From NCBI GenBank assembly GCA_036507075.1, contig DASXQR010000088.1:19784-83783 (forward strand): a DNA stretch of 64,000 bases. Reading direction: 5' to 3'. The translations under genes were made by a program, and so were the position numbers. Under the pieces are notes generated by a model. That model ran no database searches. It was given only the letters and a program-made list of their open reading frames with translations, and was not told the DNA's origin. Of this stretch, positions 19,152 through 28,812 are shown in pieces; positions within the stretch are counted from its first letter, which is position 1, and every line of letters begins with the position of its first letter. Source of the DNA: Acidobacteriota bacterium. Its GTDB lineage: Bacteria > Acidobacteriota > UBA6911 > JACQSX01.

Positions 19152-20918
19152 TTATTCCGTCCGCGTGTTCACAGCGTACGCGATCTTGCCGCCCAGAATC
19201 GTGGTCACAACTCGCGCCTTGGAGATTTCATCTTCAGGAATCGACAGAATATCTTTGGAGAGGACGGTGATGTCCGCCAGTTTTCCAGGCTCCAGCGAGC
19301 CTTTGGTGCCTTCCTCAAAAGCAGCGTAGGCGGCACTGACCGTGTAGGAGCGCAGCGCCTGCTCGCGGCTCATGCGCTCCCCGGGGAAGAAATAAGAACC
19401 GTCACGCAGCCTGCGGGTCACCGAAGCGTAGAAGCACGCAATCGGATCGACGTCTTCCACGGGCGCGTCGGTTCCGTTGCTCACGACGGCCCCGGAACGG
19501 ATCAGGCTCTGCCACACGTAGGCGCCTTCCCTGGCCCGCTTCTCTCCCAGACGCTTGACAACATAAGGGCCGTCTGAAGTGCAATGAATTCCCTGCATTG
19601 AAGCGATGACCTTGAGTTGCGCAAAACGCGGGATGTCGGCCGGGTGCAGGTGCTGGGCATGTTCCACGCGCCAGCGAAGATCCCCGGCACTTGCGTTCTT
19701 GAAGGCCTCCTGGAAGATATTCAGGGTTTCGCGGTTGGCGCGGTCTCCAATGGCGTGCACGCATAACTGAAAGCCGTGCTTGAGCGCCAGGCGCGCCGTT
19801 TCACGAATGACCGCAACGGGCGTTGTGTTCAGGCCAGTGCTGTCGGGGGCGTCCGAATAAGGCTCCAGGAGCCACGCTCCGCGTGGCCCGAGGGCGCCGT
19901 CGATGGCGTGCTTGATGGCGCGAACCGTGAGCCGTTTTTCCCCCAGATCTATGAGGCGGTAATCGGACAGCTTGCGGGCCAGTCCTTCGTTGCGTACACG
20001 GATCATCACCCAGAGCCGCATCCCCAGCTTGCCGTCCCGGGCAAGGCGTTTGAGGAGATCGATGGTCTCAAACGAAGATCCTGCATCCTGGAAACTGGTG
20101 ACACCCTTGGACAGGCATTCTTTTGTCGCCAGTTCTACAGCCCGCAGTTCTTCGGCTTCCCTGTCGCCGGCGGACAAACGATCCCGGCTATTCGACTGGG
20201 CCTGTCGCACTAATCCCTGGCCGGTTTCGCGCAGCATGCCCGTGGGCTCGCCGCTGGCGTCGCGCAGGATTTCGCCGCCGGGAGGGTTGCGCGTGTTCCG
20301 TGTGATTCCGGCAAGCTCCATCGCCTTGGCGTTGGCGAATGCAGCGTGACCGCTGGCGTGCGTCAACAGCACCGGATTTTGCGGAGCGGCCCTGCTCAGG
20401 GATTGATGAGTGGGGAAACCTTCAACATTCGGCTGCGGGACCCGATCCCACTTTTCCTGATGCCATCCGCGACCCAGAATCCATTGGCCCGGCTGCGCCT
20501 TGCCGGCCGCCTGGCCGACCATGGCCACGATCTCATCCCAGTTTTTAACCTGCATCAGGTCGAGCATCATCTTCGACTGCCCCAGGCCGAGGAAGTGCCC
20601 GTGGCCTTCGATGAATCCCGGAATTGCCAGCTTGCCTGACAAATCGGTAACCCTGGTGGACGGGCCTATGAGTTTTCGAATTTCTGCATTGCTGCCGACA
20701 GCAATGAGGACCTCGCCCCGGGCAGCCAGCGCCTCGGCTTGTGGTTGCTTCGGGTTCATGGTCACAATCTTCCCGTTCACCAGAACCAGATCGGCCGCGC
20801 GTTCCGGTGACTGGGCGAGATTATTGTTAAGAGCACCGGGCGTCCCGATTCGCGCGGTACAATGAAGCCCCGACAGGACGATCAGGACAAGCGCAAGGAT
20901 ACGGCCGCATAGCTTCAT
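19152..20918 (-). CDS. Amidohydrolase (YtcJ / Amidohydro_3 family), secreted
   Basis: PGFIEGHGH, DGALGPRGA, VHAIGDRAN, RVEHAQ, GTDAPVE, GSLEPGKLAD. Start moved to ATG 20918 because upstream codons are repeat DNA. Confidence 0.92.
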   Translation of the reverse strand: MKLCGRILALVLIVLSGLHCTARIGTPGALNNNLAQSPERAADLVLVNGKIVTMNPKQPQAEALAARGEVLIAVGSNAEIRKLIGPSTRVTDLSGKLAIPGFIEGHGHFLGLGQSKMMLDLMQVKNWDEIVAMVGQAAGKAQPGQWILGRGWHQEKWDRVPQPNVEGFPTHQSLSRAAPQNPVLLTHASGHAAFANAKAMELAGITRNTRNPPGGEILRDASGEPTGMLRETGQGLVRQAQSNSRDRLSAGDREAEELRAVELATKECLSKGVTSFQDAGSSFETIDLLKRLARDGKLGMRLWVMIRVRNEGLARKLSDYRLIDLGEKRLTVRAIKHAIDGALGPRGAWLLEPYSDAPDSTGLNTTPVAVIRETARLALKHGFQLCVHAIGDRANRETLNIFQEAFKNASAGDLRWRVEHAQHLHPADIPRFAQLKVIASMQGIHCTSDGPYVVKRLGEKRAREGAYVWQSLIRSGAVVSNGTDAPVEDVDPIACFYASVTRRLRDGSYFFPGERMSREQALRSYTVSAAYAAFEEGTKGSLEPGKLADITVLSKDILSIPEDEISKARVVTTILGGKIAYAVNTRTE

Positions 20919-20995
20919 GGGATGGCTCCGTGGAAGAGAAAAACTTACCATCTTTGCGGCCTTTGTGGTGAAAGATCTTGAACCACAAAGGCACA

Positions 20996-21119
20996 ACGCG
21001 GCAGAGCCGCAACCAAACGCGTCATCGGTCATCAGTCATTCGTCATTAGTGTCATTAGTCATTCGTCATTAGTTAGAGAATCTTGCTAAAAAAACAAGAA
21101 ATCGCCAACAGGTTACACA
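20996..21119 (+). mobile_element. Conserved-end non-coding element inserted in a 9-mer repeat (cleanest copy)
   Basis: ACCACAAAGGCACA[ACGCGGCAGAGCCGCAACCAAA-(GTCATTN)n-TTAGAGAATCTTGCTAAAAAAACAAGAAATCGCCAACAGGTTACACA]AGGTCACAAAG. Confidence 0.7.
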
Positions 21120-21173
21120 AGGTCACAAAGACCCGCGGATCATCGCTGCGGCGAACGCGGGGACCATAATTCA

Positions 21174-22211
21174 TTATTTCGGCGGCAAAACGCGCTTAGG
21201 GATCTTCAGCGCCATCGAGCCGGCGACGGTGACGACTTCATACTCGCCTTGATAGCCGATCAGAAGGTGCGCGGCCCACGGTTCCAGCTTGTAATCTTCG
21301 ACGAGCCACTTTGCCATGTCGCTGGTGGCAAGTTGCAGCCCGCGATTCAGCGAGCTGGCAAACTCCGGCTGGCTGCCGACGCTGATGATGTAATCTGACG
21401 TCTCCACGCGCGGGCCCGTCAGATTCGCCTTTTTGCGAATCTGCGTCGTGAATTCCACGTCCAGCGACGTCTCAATCCCTGTGCCGGTCGGCTCGCCGTC
21501 GGCCTGAAGCGCGTGCCCATCGCCGATGAATAACAGCGCGCCGGGATGGTACACGGGAAGGATCACCGTGGAACCTTCGCCGATTTCGTTGTAATCGAGA
21601 TTTCCGCCGTAGGAGCCCGAAGGGGCAGAAGTAGGCGCAAATTCGCCTTCAGGAGCAACCCCCACACAGCCAAGCATCGGCTTGGCCGCAAATTCCAATT
21701 GCATCGCCCGGCTTGACGGCTCCCGCAGGCGCACGGTCTTACGCTCCGGATCGATGTCCCATGGCACCAGATTGGAGCGGCCCGGACGAATCAGGTCGTC
21801 CTTGTACCGATTGGGATAGAGAGTTTCAATCGAATCGGGAGCGAGCGAAAACAGGCCGAGACGGTAAGCCGACCAACCCCACTTGCGATTCAACTTTAAC
21901 TTTGTAAATCGCACCAGAAGCGCGTCGCCGGGCTCGGCGCCGTCGATGTAAAAGGGCCCGGTAAGCGGATTACTCGGCGTTGAAAGACGCGCATCCTTTT
22001 CATCCTGTCCGCCGGCATCCAGAGTCTTAGTCGCGACCGTGTCACCCGGGCGCACGCGCTTGAGGACAGGATGTGCGGCCGAGAAAGTGTGATGATACTT
22101 AGTGGCAGCTACCTGATGAGTCTCGGCCATGACTGGTCCTTCCAAGAACAGAAAAAGCGTTATCGGGAATAAAGAGAAGATCGCCCACCGGAAAGCAGTT
22201 TTCAATTGCAT
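21174..22211 (-). CDS. Acetamidase/formamidase family protein
   Basis: NPLTGPFYIDGAEPGD, PMLGCVGVAP, GGNLDY, GALLFIGDGHALQADGE. Confidence 0.9.
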   Translation of the reverse strand: MQLKTAFRWAIFSLFPITLFLFLEGPVMAETHQVAATKYHHTFSAAHPVLKRVRPGDTVATKTLDAGGQDEKDARLSTPSNPLTGPFYIDGAEPGDALLVRFTKLKLNRKWGWSAYRLGLFSLAPDSIETLYPNRYKDDLIRPGRSNLVPWDIDPERKTVRLREPSSRAMQLEFAAKPMLGCVGVAPEGEFAPTSAPSGSYGGNLDYNEIGEGSTVILPVYHPGALLFIGDGHALQADGEPTGTGIETSLDVEFTTQIRKKANLTGPRVETSDYIISVGSQPEFASSLNRGLQLATSDMAKWLVEDYKLEPWAAHLLIGYQGEYEVVTVAGSMALKIPKRVLPPK

Positions 22212-22227
22212 GACGTTACTCCTTTCT

Positions 22228-22307
22228 TGAGCACGAATTACACGAATTTCACGAAGTAATTAAAGAAGATTCGTGAAATTCGTGAAATCCGTGAAATTCG
22301 TGCTCAA
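22228..22307. repeat. 9-mer palindrome TTGAGCACGAATTACACGAATTTCACGAA / TTCGTGAAATTCGTG...CTCAA
   Basis: Same family at 49760-49986 and a half copy at 57286-57326. Confidence 0.8.
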
Positions 22308-22537
22308 CCCCCGAGAAATATCCTTAACAACTTCCACTTATATATCCGAAAATAAAGCATAAATTAAATCACGTCCGTTGGGCCGACAAAAAACTGACGC
22401 GGATCACATATCCCCCAGCGTCCTGAACAGGTAGAATTTTCTCCATCCTTTCATAACTGGACTCATTTTTTGAAGCACTGAACGCGTTTGGCGCCGAAGG
22501 AACGCAAGAGAAGGGCGGAGGCTGAGGAGAGTCCACC

Positions 22538-25500
22538 ATGTGCAGCCGAGAGGGTTCAAGTAACAATTCACGAAGGTCAACACGATTGCGAAGCTGGCTG
22601 CTGATCGGTTGCCTGTCAGTGGCCGCGGTTGCCGGCATCCGCTGGATTTCTGCCGCCCAGGCAAATCCGTTCCTTCGACAGAATCCTGCCCAGCTTCCAG
22701 GCGGCGCCACTTCATTTGCGCAGCCGGCATCGCCGCAGCAACAGGCAAAAGACCCCCAGGTTGAAGACCAGCTTCTAGTCAAGTTCAAAGACCAGGCCTC
22801 AGAAGCCTCCATGCAGGCGGCACACGGGCGGGCAAGGGCGAACGTTCTGAAGAAATACAAGATCCTCAAGAACCTGCACCTGGTGAAACTTCCCAAGAAC
22901 ATGACCGTCAAGGAGGCTGCCCTTCTGTACCGGGAAAATCCCGACGTCTCCTACGCCGAACCAAACACGATCATCCGCCTGGAAACAACTCCCAACGATC
23001 CTTCCTTCCCCTCCCTGTGGGGATTGCAAAACACCGGCCAGAATTCCGGCACACCTGACGCCGACATCGACGCCACCCAAGCCTGGGACATCACGCGTGG
23101 AAGCAGCAGCGTGGTGGTGGCCGTCGTGGACACGGGCATTGACTACAACCATCCCGACCTGGCCGCCAACATCTGGAGCAACACAGCCGATTGCAACAAC
23201 AACGGCATCGACGATGATGGAAACGGCTACATCGATGACTGTCATGGGATCGACCTGGCCAACGGGGACAGCAATCCCATGGACGACCACAGTCATGGAA
23301 CACACGTGGCGGGAATCATCGGCGCGTCGGGTAATAACTCGGCCGGAGTGGTCGGCGTGAACTGGAATGTTTCCCTGATGGCCTGCAAGTTTATTTCGTC
23401 CGGGGGTTCGGGAACGCTGGCGGCCGCCATCGGGTGTCTGGAATACGTGCAGACAATGAAGGATCGCGGTGTAAACATCGTTGCCACCAACAACAGTTGG
23501 GCCTCGAATCAGTTCTCTCAGGCGCTGCTGGATGCCATCGAAGCTCACCGCCAGCGCGGGATCCTTTTCGTTGCCGCGGCGGGAAATGACGCCTTCAACA
23601 ACGACACTGCTTCCGTCTACCCGGCCAATTACTTCCTTCCGAACATCATCTCCGTAGCCGCCACAACGCGCACCGATTCGCTTGCCTATTTTTCAAACTT
23701 CGGAAGACGCTCCGTGCACGTCGGAGCGCCCGGTCATGAAATTCTGAGCACCACGCCGTCGAATACCTATTCCACGTACAGCGGAACGTCCATGGCGACT
23801 CCACATGTCACCGGATTGACGGCGCTGCTGAAAGCCCAGGATCCATCGCGCGACTGGAAGGCCATCCGCAATCTGATTCTTTCGGGCGGAGATACCATCT
23901 CCGCTCTTTCCGGCACCATCACACAGAGACGCATAAACGCCTTCGGCTCTCTGGCGTGTCTTGGCTCCGTCGTCGTGTCGCGTCTTCGACCCGTCCGCAG
24001 CGTGGTGTCTGGAACGATCGGCCAACCGGTCGACCTCGCGGCGCTCCACATCAATTGCGCTGTTCCAAACGGGCCGGTAATTGTCGGAGTTGACAACGGG
24101 CAGACAGTGACGCTGCTGGACGACGGCTTGGCGAATGATCAGGTCGCGGGCGACGGCATTTATTCGGGGCAGTGGACACCTCCTTCACAGGGAAGCTTTA
24201 ATCTCAGTTTCCCCGGCGGCGATGTTGTGACCGTGCATGCCCTTTCTAATTACGCTCCCGTCTCGACAGTTTTTAACTGGAGAACCTTTACCGGCGCCAG
24301 TCTCAATCTGGGAGACGATGCGGCGGCTCAGATCACATCTCCCTTTCCGATCCTGTTCGGCGGCGGAAACTTCACGTCACTTTTCGTCGGAAGCAACGGC
24401 TACATCAGCTTCAGCAATGCCTTTACCGAGTACTTCAATCTCTCTCTTCCGACCTCGCGCATCTCGACTTTAGTTTCGCCTTTCTGGGACGATCTCAGCC
24501 CGACTTCGAATCAGGCGCAAAATGTCTATTGGGGCGTGCTCGGCACGGCTCCCAACCGCGAGTTGGTGGTCGAGTGGAGAGACGTGCCGCACTACAGTTG
24601 CCCGGCAGAGAACGGTGTGAAGTTCCAGGTGGTTTTCTTTGAAGGAAGCAGCGACGTCGTGTTCAACCACGCGGACGTAATTTTCGGATCGCCCTGCTCG
24701 GGATATGACCAGGGAGCTTCCGCCACTGTGGGAATTCAGGTCTCCTCGGCGCTGGCGAGCCAGTACAGCATTTACGCTCCCAGTCTGAGCAACAACACTG
24801 CTCTGCTTTGGAAGATCAACGTTCCTCCCACCGATCTGATCGTGTCGTCCGTTTCTGCGCCGGCAGCCTCGCCGGCAGGCGCAAGCATCACCATCTCGGA
24901 CACCACAACGAACCAGGGCCCCAGCTCGTCGGATCCATCCACCACAAAACTTTATCTTTCCGCCAACACGACTGTGGATGCTTCCGATCTGCTCCTGGGC
25001 AGTCAATCCGTACCGGGCCTCGCATCGGACGCTTCGAGCACGGCTTCAATGACGGTCACTCTGCCCGCCGGAACGGCAGGTTCCTATTACATCCTGGCAC
25101 GGGCGGACGCCAACAATGAAGTAGCGGAAGTCAACGAGAGCAACAACGTAAGCTACTCCTTCCTGCAGATCGGCGCCGACCTTACCATCTCGGCATTTTC
25201 CGCGCCTCCCACCGGGGGAGCGGGCGGGACAATTACGGTAACCGACACCACCAGGAACCTGGCAACAGTGGCAGCCGACGTTTCCGTCACTCGCTTCTAT
25301 CTCTCCACTGACAGCGCGATTGATGCGGCAGACACGATGCTGGGTGGTCGTGCCGTGCCGAGCCTTCCGGCGGGAGCCGTCAGCACCGGCTCCACGTCGG
25401 TGACCCTCCCGACGGGAATTTCGGCGGGAATCTACTACGTGATGGCGAAGACCGACGCGGACAATACGGTGGCCGAAATCAGCGAAACCAACAACATCAC

Positions 25501-28500
25501 CTACGTGCTGATACAAATCGGATCCGATCTGGTCATTTCCAGCTTCAACTCACCGGTGACGGGAGGCGCGGGAGCAACGATTACGGTAAGCGACACGACT
25601 CGAAACCAGGGTGGAGGAGACGCGGGCGCTTCAGTAACCCGTTTTTACCTGTCCAGCGACGCCGCCGTCGACGCAGGCGACAGCGTGCTGGGAAGCCGAG
25701 CCGTTCCCTCCCTTACTTCAGGCGGATCCAACTCGGGCTCAATATCGGCCACCATACCCGCAAGCACCGGCACGGGCAGTTATTACATCGTGGCGAAGAC
25801 GGACGCGGACAATCTGGTGTCGGAAATCAGCGAAACCAATAACGTGACCTATTCTGCCATTCAAATTGGAGCCGATCTGGTGATGTCCGGGTTGACGGCG
25901 CCTTCCGTCGGTGGAGCCGGCAGCTCGATCACCATCAACGATACAACCAAGAATCAAGGCGGGGGCACAGCTATTGCGTCCATCACTCGCTTTTATCTCT
26001 CCAGCGACGCCCTGATCGACGCCGCCGACACGATGCTTGGCAGCCGCTCGGTCGGGTCTCTGGCAGCGGGAGCGACCAGCAGCGGATCGACATCGGTCAC
26101 AATCCCGGCCAGTACTCCTGCCGGTTCGTACTACATTCTCGCCAAGGCCGACGCGGACAACGTGGTTGCAGAGACCGGGGAGACAAACAACACGACATTC
26201 ACTTTTATCCAGACTGGACCCGACCTGATCGTGGCCACGGTCTCGGCCGGTTCTAACGGCGGCGCCGGATTGCCGCTCACCGTAACAGACACTACTCGAA
26301 ACCAGGGCGCCGGAAACGCCGATCCGTCGGTGACTCGATTTTACCTCTCGTCGAACGGCACGCTCGACGCGGCCGACAGTCTGCTGGGCAGCCGATCGGT
26401 CGCATCGCAGGCAGCCGGCGCAAGCAGTACGGCCAACACCACGGTGACCATTCCGGCGGGTACCGCCACAGGACTGTACTACCTGTTTGCAAAAGCGGAT
26501 GCCGACGGAACGGTCAGTGAGACCACCGAGACGAATAATATTTCCTACGCCACGCTGACGGTCGGCCCCGACCTGGTGATGTATGCGTTGTCGGCGCCGT
26601 CGAGCGGAGGAGCCGGGACAAATATCACGGTCAATGACACTGCGAAGAACCAAGGGGCGGGCGATGCAGGCGCTTCCACAACGCGCTTCTATTTGTCCAC
26701 TGACAGCACGGTAGATGCCTCAGATGTTGTACTGGGCGCGCGCCCGGTTCCTTTGCTTGCTGCGGGAGCAACCAACAGCGCAGCCACAACGGTCATGATT
26801 CCGGCAGGGACCGCGGCAGGGTTCTACTACCTTTTGGCAAAGGCTGACGCCGACAGCGCGGTAACGGAGACTATCGAGACCAACAACACGACCTACGCCT
26901 TCATCACGATAGGCTCGGATTTGGTGACGCTTTCCATCTCCGCGCCGTCAGTCGGAGGCGCGGGCGCAAGCATTACCATTACAGAAACAACAAAGAACCA
27001 GGGTTCCGGCGTCGCCGATCCTTCAACTACGAAGTTTTACCTTTCCAGCAATACAACCGTTGACGCGGCCGACATATTTCTGGGAGGCCGGCCTGTTCCC
27101 TCGCTTGGATCGGGCGCAACCAGCTCCGGATCGACCACAGTGACGATTCCAGCCGGCACGCCGGCGGGTTTTTACTACCTGCTGGGCAAAGCCGATGCAG
27201 ACGGGGTGGTAACCGAGACCAGTGAAACCAACAATACCAATTACACCTACTTGACGGTGGGATCGGATCTGGTCATGTACAGCCTGACGGCGCCGTCTTC
27301 TGGTGGAGCAGGTTCGGCGCTGGCCGTTAGCGACACCACTCGAAACCAGGGCGGCGGAAGCGCCGATGCTTCGGTGACGCGGTTCTACCTTTCCACTAAC
27401 AGTTATCTTGACGCGCCGGACATCGTGCTTGGCAGCCGGCCTGTTCCCTCGCTTGCTGCCGGCGTTTCCAACAGCGCCTCGACTTCCGTTACCATTCCTG
27501 CGGGAACGGCGACCGGTTTTTATTATCTGCTGGCCAAAGCGGACGCCGATGATTCCGTCGGGGAATCAAACGAAACCAACAATACAACGTATGCCTATCT
27601 CTACGTCGGCCCCGACCTGGTGATGTCCTCTCTTACGGCGCCCCAGAGTGGAGGAGCCGGCGCTCCACTTTCGATCACCGACGGCACGAGAAATCAGGGA
27701 GGCGGCACAGCGTCGGCTTCCACGACGAGCTTTTACCTTTCGACCAACGGATCGCTGGATGCGGCCGATACCTTCCTCGGAAGCAGATCTGTCGCCGCTT
27801 TAGCGCCCGGCGAAATCAGCACGTCTTCCACGGTCGTGACTATTCCGCCAGGAACGGCCACCGGTTCCTATTACCTGCTCGCGAAATCGGACGCGGACAA
27901 TTCTGTGGTCGAGACCAACGAAACCAACAACACGACGTATACCTATCTGCAGATCGGCTCCGATTTGACCCTGTCGGGATTTACGGCGCCGGCCAACGGC
28001 GGAGCTGGTGCGACCATCGTCGTCACCGATACTACTCGAAACTCGGGCGGCGGGCCCGTGGGAGCGTCCACTACGAGATTCTATCTTTCCGGCAATGCCA
28101 GCGTTGATGCAGGCGATGCGGTACTGGGAAGCCGGAGCGTTCCGGCTCTGGCGGCGGGCGAAACCAGCACAGCTTCGACGACGGTAACGATTCCAGCCGG
28201 AACAGGTCCAGGCTGGTACTACCTGCTGGCAAAAGCCGATGCCGATGACGTCGTGGCAGAGCTGAACGAGACAAACAACACGACCTACACTTACATTCAG
28301 ATCGGCCCGGATTTGGTATTCGCCGGTTTTTACGGCCCGCCGTCGGCCGCTCCCGGCAGCTCGATCACGGTAACCGACAGCACTCGGAACCAGGGCGCGG
28401 GCAGTACCCCGGCTTCCGTAACCAGGTTCTATCTTTCTACCAACAGCACAGTGGATGCTGGTGACGTTTATCTTGGCAGCCGCTCCATTGCCGGGCTGGC

Positions 28501-28660
28501 GGGCAGCGAAACCAGCACTGGCGACACGGTGCTGGTGATTCCGGCCGGCACCGCCGCGGGATGGTATTACCTGATTGCTAAAGCCGATGCCGACAACGGA
28601 GTGACGGAACTGGACGAGACAAACAATACCAGCTACAGGTTTATCCAGATTGTCCCATAA
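22538..28660 (+). CDS. Secreted S8 (subtilisin-like) serine protease with 11 C-terminal CARDB-like repeats
   Basis: Catalytic triad motifs VVDTG, HGTHVAG and GTSMATPHV; propeptide; DDG..DQVAGDGIYS module; 11 repeats of about 116 aa (xDL..T.NQG..FYLS..G.YY..AKAD...E.NETNN). Confidence 0.93.
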   Translation: MCSREGSSNNSRRSTRLRSWLLIGCLSVAAVAGIRWISAAQANPFLRQNPAQLPGGATSFAQPASPQQQAKDPQVEDQLLVKFKDQASEASMQAAHGRARANVLKKYKILKNLHLVKLPKNMTVKEAALLYRENPDVSYAEPNTIIRLETTPNDPSFPSLWGLQNTGQNSGTPDADIDATQAWDITRGSSSVVVAVVDTGIDYNHPDLAANIWSNTADCNNNGIDDDGNGYIDDCHGIDLANGDSNPMDDHSHGTHVAGIIGASGNNSAGVVGVNWNVSLMACKFISSGGSGTLAAAIGCLEYVQTMKDRGVNIVATNNSWASNQFSQALLDAIEAHRQRGILFVAAAGNDAFNNDTASVYPANYFLPNIISVAATTRTDSLAYFSNFGRRSVHVGAPGHEILSTTPSNTYSTYSGTSMATPHVTGLTALLKAQDPSRDWKAIRNLILSGGDTISALSGTITQRRINAFGSLACLGSVVVSRLRPVRSVVSGTIGQPVDLAALHINCAVPNGPVIVGVDNGQTVTLLDDGLANDQVAGDGIYSGQWTPPSQGSFNLSFPGGDVVTVHALSNYAPVSTVFNWRTFTGASLNLGDDAAAQITSPFPILFGGGNFTSLFVGSNGYISFSNAFTEYFNLSLPTSRISTLVSPFWDDLSPTSNQAQNVYWGVLGTAPNRELVVEWRDVPHYSCPAENGVKFQVVFFEGSSDVVFNHADVIFGSPCSGYDQGASATVGIQVSSALASQYSIYAPSLSNNTALLWKINVPPTDLIVSSVSAPAASPAGASITISDTTTNQGPSSSDPSTTKLYLSANTTVDASDLLLGSQSVPGLASDASSTASMTVTLPAGTAGSYYILARADANNEVAEVNESNNVSYSFLQIGADLTISAFSAPPTGGAGGTITVTDTTRNLATVAADVSVTRFYLSTDSAIDAADTMLGGRAVPSLPAGAVSTGSTSVTLPTGISAGIYYVMAKTDADNTVAEISETNNITYVLIQIGSDLVISSFNSPVTGGAGATITVSDTTRNQGGGDAGASVTRFYLSSDAAVDAGDSVLGSRAVPSLTSGGSNSGSISATIPASTGTGSYYIVAKTDADNLVSEISETNNVTYSAIQIGADLVMSGLTAPSVGGAGSSITINDTTKNQGGGTAIASITRFYLSSDALIDAADTMLGSRSVGSLAAGATSSGSTSVTIPASTPAGSYYILAKADADNVVAETGETNNTTFTFIQTGPDLIVATVSAGSNGGAGLPLTVTDTTRNQGAGNADPSVTRFYLSSNGTLDAADSLLGSRSVASQAAGASSTANTTVTIPAGTATGLYYLFAKADADGTVSETTETNNISYATLTVGPDLVMYALSAPSSGGAGTNITVNDTAKNQGAGDAGASTTRFYLSTDSTVDASDVVLGARPVPLLAAGATNSAATTVMIPAGTAAGFYYLLAKADADSAVTETIETNNTTYAFITIGSDLVTLSISAPSVGGAGASITITETTKNQGSGVADPSTTKFYLSSNTTVDAADIFLGGRPVPSLGSGATSSGSTTVTIPAGTPAGFYYLLGKADADGVVTETSETNNTNYTYLTVGSDLVMYSLTAPSSGGAGSALAVSDTTRNQGGGSADASVTRFYLSTNSYLDAPDIVLGSRPVPSLAAGVSNSASTSVTIPAGTATGFYYLLAKADADDSVGESNETNNTTYAYLYVGPDLVMSSLTAPQSGGAGAPLSITDGTRNQGGGTASASTTSFYLSTNGSLDAADTFLGSRSVAALAPGEISTSSTVVTIPPGTATGSYYLLAKSDADNSVVETNETNNTTYTYLQIGSDLTLSGFTAPANGGAGATIVVTDTTRNSGGGPVGASTTRFYLSGNASVDAGDAVLGSRSVPALAAGETSTASTTVTIPAGTGPGWYYLLAKADADDVVAELNETNNTTYTYIQIGPDLVFAGFYGPPSAAPGSSITVTDSTRNQGAGSTPASVTRFYLSTNSTVDAGDVYLGSRSIAGLAGSETSTGDTVLVIPAGTAAGWYYLIAKADADNGVTELDETNNTSYRFIQIVP

Positions 28661-28709
28661 CCGCTGCACCCATGTCAGAGGTGCCGGAGCCGGAGTTTCT
28701 AGATTTGGG

Positions 28710-28802
28710 GCGGAGAGACGGCCTGAGGGCCGTCTCAGGGAATCTCCCGGGATGGGCCTGCCGTCGACTTCGCCTGAGACGGCCCTCGGGCCGTCTCTCC
28801 GC
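28710..28802. repeat. REPIN-like inverted doublet GCGGAGAGACGGCCTGAGGGCCGTCTCAGG
   Basis: Two hairpin units in inverted orientation between convergent genes. Confidence 0.75.
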
Positions 28803-28812
28803 ATGACTAAGG

